From: a bacterium
GTDB taxonomy: Bacteria; Patescibacteriota; Minisyncoccia; Phycocordibacterales; CAIZLB01
Direction: 5' to 3'
Length of the DNA stretch: 64,000 nt
Assembly: GCA_037127815.1 (NCBI GenBank)
Contig: JBAXXP010000004.1
Coordinates: forward strand, 4,647 to 68,646
Both the position numbers and the translations under genes were made by a program. Below the pieces are notes generated by a model. That model was not told the origin of the DNA. It worked only from the letters and a program-made list of their open reading frames with translations, and made no database searches. This document shows positions 56,547-64,000 of this stretch, piece after piece; the first letter of the stretch is position 1, and each line of letters begins with the position of its first letter.

Positions 56547-56897
56547 ATGGAAAGAAAGTTATATATCGGAAACCTTGCTTGGACAACTACAACAGAAAGT
56601 CTTAAGCAAGCATTTTCAAAGGCTGGAGAAGTAGTAGACGCTATCGTTATGACAGAAAAGATGAGTGGACGTTCAAGAGGATTCGGATTTGTCACAATGG
56701 CAACCGATGAGGCAACAGACGCTGCTATCGCTATGTTCAACGAACAAGATCTTGAAGGAAGAAACCTTGTAGTTAACAGAGCTCGTCCTAAGACAGATAC
56801 TCCTATGGGAGCACCAAGAAGAGATTTTGGTGGAAGAGGTGGCGATGACCGCGGTGGAGACAGAGGTGGAGACCGTGGATTCAGACGCGACTACTAA
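56547..56897 (+). CDS. RRM-type RNA-binding protein with RGG/RGD-rich C-terminal tail
   Basis: RNP2 LYIGNL and RNP1 RGFGFVTM motifs, with a GGRGGDDRGGDRGGDRGFRRDY tail. Confidence 0.8.
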   Translation: MERKLYIGNLAWTTTTESLKQAFSKAGEVVDAIVMTEKMSGRSRGFGFVTMATDEATDAAIAMFNEQDLEGRNLVVNRARPKTDTPMGAPRRDFGGRGGDDRGGDRGGDRGFRRDY

Positions 56898-56980
56898 TCT
56901 TTAGCTAGATTTAGAAATAATCGTCTAATAAAAATACCCTACGTAAGTGGGGTATTTTTATTGCCTGGAAATGACTACAA

Positions 56981-57018
56981 AAAAACCGGCCGCATCAGAA
57001 TGATGCGGCCGGTTTTTT
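56981..57018. terminator. Bidirectional terminator AAAAACCGGCCGCATCA-GAA-TGATGCGGCCGGTTTTT between the RRM gene and typA
   Basis: Perfect long palindrome flanked by an A-run and a T-run. Confidence 0.8.
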
Positions 57019-57025
57019 ATTTTAC

Positions 57026-58813
57026 TTATTTAATCCCTTTCACTGACTTCTCGCGTCCTGTCTTTGTTAGAAACTTCTTTCTAAGACGAACTGAAGTTGG
57101 TGTGATTTCTAAATATTCATCTTCACACATGATTTCAAGTCCACGCTCAATTGTAACTTCAAGTGCAGGAGCTAGATATACTGTCTCGTCTGTTCCTGAA
57201 GCACGCATGTTTGTAAGTTGCTTTCCCTTGGTTGGGTTAACTTCCATTTCTTCTCCCTTTGATGTATTTCCAATAACCATTCCAGCGTAAACTTCTGTTC
57301 CTGGAGCAACATATAGAGTTCCTCTGTCTTGTAGGTTACCTAGTGCAAAGTGAAGAACCTTTCCAGCTTCCATTGAGATCATAGATCCAACAGCTCTTTT
57401 TTCAATAGTTCCAACATATGGTCTGAAATCGGTAAAACGTGAAGACATAATACCTTCTCCTCTAGTATCGATAACGAATTGACTTCTGTAGCCCAGAAGA
57501 CCACGTGTAGGAATATCGAATGTCATTCTTGTAATACCACTATGTTCCTTCATTGAAGTCATAATACCTTTTCTTCTACCAAGCTTATCGATAACAGCAC
57601 CTGCAAACTCGTTAGGAGTATCTATAACAACTTCTTCAAAAGGCTCATTTTTCTTACCATCTATTTCTTTGATAATAACCTCAGGTTGAGATACCTGCAT
57701 TTCATAACCTTCACGACGCATTTGTTCTAGAAGAACCGCAATGTGTAATTCTCCACGTCCATAAACCTTAAGAACGTCAGCTTGATCGAAATCAACATGA
57801 AGACCAACGTTAACTTCAAGTTCTTTTTCTAGTCTGTCTCTAATTTGACGACCGGTAACATATTTACCTTCACGTCCAGCAAATGGGGAATCGTTAACAA
57901 GAAATCCAAGGGAGATTGTTGGCTCATCGATTTTAATTGATGGCAATGGCTCTGTATCTTCCTTGTCAGTGATTGTCTCACCGATGAAAATATCAGGAAG
58001 TCCAGCTACCATAACTACGTCTCCAGAATATGCTTCTTGAACTTCTTTTCTAACTAGTCCGTCAAAAGTGAAAAGTTTTGTAATTCTACCTGTTCTTGTT
58101 TCTCCGGTATCTTTTTTGATAAACAGAGTTTGTCCCATTTTGATTGTACCTGTCCAAATACGAGTAACCGCCATTCTTCCTAGGAAGTTGTCATAAGCAA
58201 GGTTGAAAGGTTGAGCTTCAAGAGCCTCCTCAGGAGCACTTTTTGCTGGAGGAACTTCTTTGATAATTGTATCTAGTAGGGGATCAAGGTTTACAAACTC
58301 ATCGTCCAAACTTAACTTAGCCTTTCCTTCTCTTCCGATACAGTAAACCATAGGGAAATCTAATTGATGATCTTGAGCACCTAATTCTATGAATAATTCT
58401 AGAATCTCATCGTGAACTCTTGTTGGGTTTGCAGCTGGCTTGTCTAATTTGTTTAGAACGACAATTGGCTTAAGTCCAAGTTCTAGTGATTTCTTAAGTA
58501 CGAAACGTGTTTGTGGCATAGGACCTTCTTGTGCATCAACGATTAAAAGCACACAGTCGATAGAACGCAAAACACGCTCAACCTCTGAACCGAAGTCGGC
58601 GTGACCTGGTGTGTCAATAACGTTAACCTTTGTTCCTTTATATTGGAATGAGGCGTTTTTGGCATATATAGTAATTCCACGCTCTAATTCAATAGCGTTG
58701 GAGTCCATAGAAGAGGAGTCTTTAACTGCTCCTGTGTATTTCATAATTGCGTCAACGATGGTTGTCTTACCATGGTCAACGTGGGCGATAATCGCTATAT
58801 TTCGTATTTGCAT
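57026..58813 (-). CDS. typA: Translational GTPase TypA/BipA
   Basis: MQIRNIAIIAHVDHGKTT and DTPGHADF G motifs, plus BipA C-terminal domains. Confidence 0.9.
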   Translation of the reverse strand: MQIRNIAIIAHVDHGKTTIVDAIMKYTGAVKDSSSMDSNAIELERGITIYAKNASFQYKGTKVNVIDTPGHADFGSEVERVLRSIDCVLLIVDAQEGPMPQTRFVLKKSLELGLKPIVVLNKLDKPAANPTRVHDEILELFIELGAQDHQLDFPMVYCIGREGKAKLSLDDEFVNLDPLLDTIIKEVPPAKSAPEEALEAQPFNLAYDNFLGRMAVTRIWTGTIKMGQTLFIKKDTGETRTGRITKLFTFDGLVRKEVQEAYSGDVVMVAGLPDIFIGETITDKEDTEPLPSIKIDEPTISLGFLVNDSPFAGREGKYVTGRQIRDRLEKELEVNVGLHVDFDQADVLKVYGRGELHIAVLLEQMRREGYEMQVSQPEVIIKEIDGKKNEPFEEVVIDTPNEFAGAVIDKLGRRKGIMTSMKEHSGITRMTFDIPTRGLLGYRSQFVIDTRGEGIMSSRFTDFRPYVGTIEKRAVGSMISMEAGKVLHFALGNLQDRGTLYVAPGTEVYAGMVIGNTSKGEEMEVNPTKGKQLTNMRASGTDETVYLAPALEVTIERGLEIMCEDEYLEITPTSVRLRKKFLTKTGREKSVKGIK

Positions 58814-58882
58814 AATGAGGGTTCATTTAAACATTATTTTGGTATTTTGGCAACTAAAGTAATATAACAACACAATAGAGAG

Positions 58883-58986
58883 GCTCCCATATGCCTTGCC
58901 TCCCGAGAGCACAAGGATTTCTTGCTAGAAATCCTCTCTGCTCGCTGCAGCTCGCAAGGCTCTCAGGAGGTAAGGTATATGGGCGC
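58883..58986. repeat. Imperfect 28-bp inverted repeat (24/28) enclosing a 9-bp perfect inner hairpin, upstream of typA
   Basis: Arms GCTCCCATATGCCTTGCCTCCCGAGAGC (58883-58910) and GCTCTCAGGAGGTAAGGTATATGGGCGC (58959-58986). Inner hairpin AGGATTTCT-TGC-TAGAAATCCT at 58914-58935. Confidence 0.7.
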
Positions 58987-59170
58987 TAGTCATTTGTAGG
59001 TGGTATCAGGTTAGTTTCCTATATCCTCAATATTGGGGAATGGGCCTATATTCAAAGGTAAAACAGCGTATCTATTGACAAATATTATATATTATGCTAT
59101 TGTATAAGCAGTTAAATAAGTTCTTTGAATGATATTGAGGTAATGTTTGAGTTTGGAAGAAAGATCGTAA

Positions 59171-59587
59171 TTGACTTGCTGGCACAGCGCTAAGCGAATT
59201 ATTGTCCTTCCACTACACTCACACAACAACACCAATATTATGAAAATCAGCGAATTTGCGAACAACGGATTTCAACCCTTCGAAGGGACAATGGCTGAAC
59301 TGATTGCTCTTCGCGGTCTTGATAGCCGTTATGACATGATGTTCACCCTAACCACACGCCCGAGCGATACTTCCGGCTGGCGTTATCAGTTCAGGGCGTG
59401 GGTTGGGCCATTTGCAAACTTTTCGGCGAATCACGTCGATACAGGCAAGACTGAAAAGGTCTTCGAGATTCTCGGTAAATCTACCGATGAAATTCTCGAG
59501 GCCGTCAAACCCCTTATCGAACACAGAGCAGAATGGGCCCCCGTGGGTTCAAATTCTGTCAGGCTTTGGCTCTCCTGTGGTCGATAA
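59171..59587 (+). CDS. Hypothetical protein (true start probably internal Met MKISEF...), GC-elevated
   Basis: ORF only. Confidence 0.35.
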   Translation: MTCWHSAKRIIVLPLHSHNNTNIMKISEFANNGFQPFEGTMAELIALRGLDSRYDMMFTLTTRPSDTSGWRYQFRAWVGPFANFSANHVDTGKTEKVFEILGKSTDEILEAVKPLIEHRAEWAPVGSNSVRLWLSCGR

Positions 59588-59819
59588 ATAGTGGTAAACC
59601 CACTCGGTGAAGTAACCACGAGTTCAATCCTCGTTAAACTTTCAACAGAGCGCACGACCTATATGGTACGGCGTTCTTTTTATTTACTTATGAGATTCAT
59701 ATATATTATATATAGCGCTTGTGGATAAGATTAAACAATTTACTTGACTAATCGACACCGCTTGATACTATATAAATATACACGCCCCAGCTAGCCGAAA
59801 GGTCCGCTGGGGTTTTACG

Positions 59820-60443
59820 TTGTTTGGTGATAGAATAACTGGATACATGAATATATTTTTACTGATTGATGGTGAGAATTTGAAAGGAAAAATTAAAGCT
59901 ATTTTTAAGGAAAATGGTAAAGAAAAACCCGTCTGGCATGAGTATGATTTTAGGGGCCTGTTTGATAAAGTGCTTGGAGGTATGACTGTTGGCCGCAGTA
60001 TCTTTTATTTCGCTCGTATTAAGGAGCATAAGGAAAGTATGCATAAATCTAAGGAATTGATTGAAGAGCAACGCCAACTTAAGACACATCTTGAAAAACA
60101 AGGATTTGAAGTTATTTTGAGTGGGCAGGTTAGAGGTCATATGGAGACTAGTAGAGATGGTAAGCAGGCACTGATATTTAAGGAGAAGGGTGTAGATGTA
60201 AAATTGGCTGTTGATATGGTAAGTCTTTCTTGTGACAAGAAAGTTGATGAAATAATCCTTGGTAGCTCAGACTCTGACCTGCAACCAGCCATAAAAGAGG
60301 TTCGTGATAGAAATATAGGTTGCATATACTTAGGGTTTGAAGCAAAACCAAACAAGGGTATTTCCTACAATTCGAATAGAACAATTCTTATAAGAGACTC
60401 TGAAGTCTTTGATTTTGAAAGAATTCAACAAAAACTTGTATAG
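59820..60443 (+). CDS. NYN/LabA-like domain protein, paralog 3 of 3 (more divergent)
   Basis: IFLLIDGENLKGK N-terminus, GVDVKLAVDMV, and ILGSSDSDLQPAIKEV at the positions of the NYN Asp motifs. Confidence 0.6.
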   Translation: MFGDRITGYMNIFLLIDGENLKGKIKAIFKENGKEKPVWHEYDFRGLFDKVLGGMTVGRSIFYFARIKEHKESMHKSKELIEEQRQLKTHLEKQGFEVILSGQVRGHMETSRDGKQALIFKEKGVDVKLAVDMVSLSCDKKVDEIILGSSDSDLQPAIKEVRDRNIGCIYLGFEAKPNKGISYNSNRTILIRDSEVFDFERIQQKLV

Positions 60444-60759
60444 CCTATTTTGTTAGAGATGATCCATCTCACGTTTATAAAAATTTGCTTTTATGGAATA
60501 AGGTTGTATAGTTTGGGCAGTTTTAGCACCTTGAGAGGTTGGTGTTTTGCTACAGCACAGAGAAACCTTTCCTATTTGCCGTTGCCTTCTATTTTGTTGG
60601 AGGTTGATGGAAGTGATATAAGGTTTTTGTGTGCTGTGGCAAAAGGGTGAAAGATTCCTAAATTTGTCTTGGGGAACAATCGGTAGAAAAATCGAAGATT
60701 GAAACTCACAGCTTATAATGAATAGACAACCAAACAATAATAATTGAAAGGACAACTAT

Positions 60760-61536
60760 ATGGCTACCAAAAAACAACCTCAGCATGTTGCTGCTGGTTT
60801 TGTGAAAGAGCAGGATGGTTTTGAAGGTCTCGGAACTAGTGATGCCCAATGGGCAATTCAAAACCCTGAAATGGCCGTAGCACTTGCTGTCGAGGCAATC
60901 AGGTCGCGTCACAATACCTGCCCACCAAGAATTCTTCTTAGACAAAAGGAAATGACTTTTGTTCCTCGTGGTGTTTTTACAATCCAAACTGGAGGAAGTT
61001 CAGCTATCGAATTGCATGCGCAGGCAATGGAGAGGAAGATGAATGATGGCAATAAAGAGGCTATTGATATGATCCAAAAGATAGGCATTGTGATGGAAAG
61101 GCCTCAATTCACTACCTTTGTCGTGCTTTCTTTATCTGACTTGTCCAATGCTGATAGGGACAAGAAAAGTAAACTCAAGTTTACGATTGAGAGAAGACAT
61201 ATTTTGAAAAAATCTTTTCTTGCGGATTGGAGTAAGGAACATCTTGATGGTCAGATTTTGGAATTATGTCACAAAGCAGACGGACCTCAAATATGTCTTC
61301 AGTATCAAGCAGGGCAGGCTCTGTCAGGCCAAACCCTTGATATTGTTATGGCTCAGGAGAATCCTATTTGCTTCACGGAGGAAGGTGCTATTAATCCATC
61401 TTACATTACGTTTCGACTTTTCTATTATCTATCAGGGGGAGTTCTTCTCTGTACGAATAAATATGGGGAAGAGTCTTTATTCAGTAGCGAAGCACTCGTC
61501 ATGCTTCGCCTTCGGGAAATGACTCCTGAGGATTAG
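60760..61536 (+). CDS. Hypothetical protein (258 aa)
   Basis: ORF only. Confidence 0.35.
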   Translation: MATKKQPQHVAAGFVKEQDGFEGLGTSDAQWAIQNPEMAVALAVEAIRSRHNTCPPRILLRQKEMTFVPRGVFTIQTGGSSAIELHAQAMERKMNDGNKEAIDMIQKIGIVMERPQFTTFVVLSLSDLSNADRDKKSKLKFTIERRHILKKSFLADWSKEHLDGQILELCHKADGPQICLQYQAGQALSGQTLDIVMAQENPICFTEEGAINPSYITFRLFYYLSGGVLLCTNKYGEESLFSSEALVMLRLREMTPED

Positions 61537-61561
61537 TTTGATCTTTGATGAAGTTCATCAC

Positions 61562-61600
61562 CCCCCCCCCCGCACGCTCTAGCGCGTGCGGGGGATTTTT
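61562..61600 (+). terminator. Rho-independent terminator with a C10 homopolymer: CCCCCCCCCCGCACGC-TCTAGC-GCGTGCGGGGG + ATTTTTT
   Basis: 11-bp GC stem plus a T-run, 26 bp after the 61536 stop. The poly-C10 run lies at 61562-61571. Confidence 0.75.
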
Positions 61601-61614
61601 TGTAAATTTATATT

Positions 61615-63252
61615 TTGGAAATTTTCTCAAAAATTTGCTATAATATAAATCAAAATATGAACAAAATAATTAGTACTAACTTGAAAAGAATTTTAGATAG
61701 AACATGGCTGATTTTGAAATTAAAAAAAGTCTATGTTTCTCTATTAGTAATTATAATTGCATTTGTTGCTTATAAAGTTTTTTTTACAACAGCTACAACT
61801 GAAACTATTATTAAACTCGAGCCTAAGACCTTTGTTCAAGAGGTTTCTGTAACTGGAAAAGTTCAGGCCTCAAATAGTGTGGACATGGGTTTTGAAACAT
61901 CAGGTAGAATTTCTAAGGTTAATTCTAAGGTGGGAAGTATTGTTAAAAAGGGCGACGTTCTAGTATCTCTTGCTAACGGTGATGCATATGGAACCTTACT
62001 TCAACGTCAGGCAGATTTAGAAACTCAGCAAGCTAATTTAAGTGAATTACTGAGGGGTTCTCGTTCGGAGGATATCTCAATTGCAGAATCGGATTTGCAA
62101 TCCGCACAATCTTCATATGATCAAAATCTTCAGGCTATGGTTGATAAAATAAAAGAAGCCTATTCTGTTGCTGATGATACTGTCAGAACAAAAGTTGATC
62201 AGTTCTATAAGAATCCAAGAAGTGTGAATCCTGAGGTTATTTCCTTTAATGAAAATTATGGAGATAGTTATAATTTAAAACCTTCACTCAATGCCAAAAG
62301 ATTAAAAGTTGGAGAAAGTTTAGTTAATTTAAATTCTAGTATTTCATCTTTGAGTGTTTTAACAATGGATGCAAAATATATTAAGGAGACTAGGGACAGT
62401 CTTGCGTTAGTTAGAGGACTTCTTGATGATTTGTCTATGGTTGCTTCTGCTATTGACGTTAATGTTGGAACAACTCAAACTGTTATCGATGCTTATAAAG
62501 CTTCAGTATCTTCTGCAAGAGCATCGCTTAATGCAATTGTTGCAAGTCTGACACTTGTTGAACAAAATTATAATACAAGCAAAGCAAATCTTGATAGAGC
62601 AAGGCAACAACTCGCACTTAAAAAAGCTGGGTCAACAAATGAGCAAATTGCAGCAGGACGTGCTCGTGTGAAATCAGCCTCCGCACAAGTTGAAAGTGCT
62701 CAGGCAATTTTATCTAAGACTTTGATCGTTGCTCCATTTGATGGAATTGTTACAAAAATGGATGCAAAGGAAGGGGAGAGTACTGTTCTAAATACAACTT
62801 ATGTTTCTATGATAAGCGCTTCCAATTTTGAAGTTGAGAGTTATGTTTCAGAATCTGATATTGCAAAAGTTAAAGTTGGACAAACTGCGAGAATAACTCT
62901 TGATACTTATGGAAAGGATGTAATTTTCCCAGCTTCAGTTTATGAAGTTGATCCAGCTGAAACTGTTGTTGATGGAATAACTACTTACAAAATTAAACTA
63001 GCCTTTACTCAACCAGATGAGAGAGTTAAATCTGGAATGACTGCAAACATAACAATCGAAACATCAAATAAACCTGCGTCATTTGTAGTTCCACAGGGTG
63101 CACTATTTTTAGATGCTGGTGAAAAGATGATTACTGTTGATCAAGCTGGTGTTAGGGTAAATAAGAAAGTTGAAACTGGAGGATTGAATGCATCTGGCGA
63201 AATAGAAATTATTTCAGGCTTAATGGCAGGTGAAAGAGTTGTTGTTAAATAA
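61615..63252 (+). CDS. Efflux transporter periplasmic adaptor subunit (HlyD/MacA-like membrane fusion protein)
   Basis: N-terminal TM helix, a biotinyl-lipoyl-like GKVQASNSVDMGFETSGRISKV...GDVLVSL segment, long coiled-coil, and beta-barrel C-terminus. The true start may be the internal MNKIISTN. Confidence 0.7.
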   Translation: MEIFSKICYNINQNMNKIISTNLKRILDRTWLILKLKKVYVSLLVIIIAFVAYKVFFTTATTETIIKLEPKTFVQEVSVTGKVQASNSVDMGFETSGRISKVNSKVGSIVKKGDVLVSLANGDAYGTLLQRQADLETQQANLSELLRGSRSEDISIAESDLQSAQSSYDQNLQAMVDKIKEAYSVADDTVRTKVDQFYKNPRSVNPEVISFNENYGDSYNLKPSLNAKRLKVGESLVNLNSSISSLSVLTMDAKYIKETRDSLALVRGLLDDLSMVASAIDVNVGTTQTVIDAYKASVSSARASLNAIVASLTLVEQNYNTSKANLDRARQQLALKKAGSTNEQIAAGRARVKSASAQVESAQAILSKTLIVAPFDGIVTKMDAKEGESTVLNTTYVSMISASNFEVESYVSESDIAKVKVGQTARITLDTYGKDVIFPASVYEVDPAETVVDGITTYKIKLAFTQPDERVKSGMTANITIETSNKPASFVVPQGALFLDAGEKMITVDQAGVRVNKKVETGGLNASGEIEIISGLMAGERVVVK

Positions 63253-63255
63253 AAT

Positions 63256-64000
63256 GCTTCCAACAAAACAAAATTTAAATATTTGGCGAGTTGGTTTCTT
63301 CCTATCATATAGGCAAATTAAGCGTGCAAATATTTGGACTACTATTCTAATTGTTACTGTAATGGCTTTGACATTTTTGAACTTAGTAGTTGTCAACGGA
63401 GTTCTTGTTGGGCTTATTCAAGGTTCTGTTGAAGCGCATAGAACAAGAGGAACAGGAGATATTGCTATAACAAAACTTACTCAAAAAACTGAAATTGAAA
63501 ATACAACGGATATTCTAAATGTGTTAAGTAGTTTGCCCCAGGTAAAGGATGTGGCGACAAGATATACAGGGTCAGGCTCTATTAATGCGGACTATAGAAG
63601 AAAGTTAAGACAAGATGAAACTCCAAATAGAGTGGCTGGAACAATTGCAGGAATTGATCCGTTGAATGAGGACAAAATAAATGGACTTTCAAGATATATT
63701 GTAGAAGGATCATATCTACAAGAAAATGATACCGATGGAATAATTCTTGGTGCGACCTTGCTCTACAAATACACGCCAGTTGAATCAGCTGGTTTTCAAA
63801 CTTTAAAAAATATAAAGATTGGTGATAGGTTGAAAATTACTGTTGGTAAAAATTCTAAAGAAGTAATTTTGCGAGGAGTCATAAAGACAAAAGTTGATAC
63901 AAATGACTTTAGAATCTTCATGATTGAAAGTGAAGCCAAAAAACTTATTGGAAGAAATGACGTTAACGCAGATGAAATATTTGTAAAATTAAAAGATGGT
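63256..64000 (+). CDS. MacB/FtsX-like ABC transporter permease (N-terminal part, runs off window end)
   Basis: ORF starts 4 bp after the adaptor stop and is open to the window end. N-terminal TM helix followed by a MacB-type periplasmic domain. Confidence 0.55.

Noticed and set aside
59590-59690. tRNA-like fragment (CGAG-TTCAATC-CTCG, T-arm-like) after 59171..59587
   Set aside because: No full cloverleaf could be built around it. It is probably chance or a decayed tRNA remnant.
1-64000. CRISPR arrays, rRNA genes, IS/transposase or integrase genes, prophage structural genes
   Set aside because: I searched by eye for regularly spaced direct repeats, rRNA signature sequences and transposase or integrase motifs and found none. 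The only repeats are the palindromic elements, tRNA-end duplications and inverted repeats reported above.

Overview
This is an AT-rich window that looks like a small-genome Candidate Phyla Radiation (Patescibacteria)-type bacterium. That impression rests on small housekeeping proteins with odd insertions, many tandem T4SS-pilin-like genes, DUF2207 and NYN proteins. The backbone is housekeeping: lepA, valS, tsaD, trxB, the ftsA-ftsZ operon, ybeY-rpsU, a hisS-like gene, lepB, pth, rpsA, gyrA, hpf, the priA-def-fmt operon, mreB, holB, typA, and a MacA/MacB-type efflux pair at the end. Eight tRNA genes are present (Arg-CCT, Phe-GAA, Glu-TTC, Ser-CGA, Val-GAC, Leu-TAG, Lys-CTT, plus tRNA fragments). 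Nearly every gene is followed by a GC-rich hairpin terminator. I found no CRISPR array, rRNA, transposase or integrase.

The most unusual content:
- An array of six tandem, diverged pilin-like two-TM proteins (TrbC/VirB2 or T4SS-pilin-like), preceded by a solute-binding protein and ending at tRNA-Leu, which carries two upstream partial copies of its own 3' end (att-like footprints).
- A Fic-family protein whose catalytic motif is degenerate (His to Gln), sitting behind an operator-like palindrome array.
- Three paralogous NYN/LabA-like nuclease-domain proteins.
- A visibly GC-rich four-gene block beside tRNA-Phe (Q/Y-rich lipoprotein, Hsp20, two unknowns).
- A 23-bp duplication of the tRNA-Arg 3' end bounding a hairpin-rich 132-bp segment.
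- A dispersed 28-bp perfect palindromic repeat family (three copies).
- Two MazF/PemK-like toxin genes with no adjacent antitoxin.
- Long inverted-repeat structured elements upstream of rpsA and typA.

All coordinates were derived by reading the sequence. No database search or numerical GC computation was possible.
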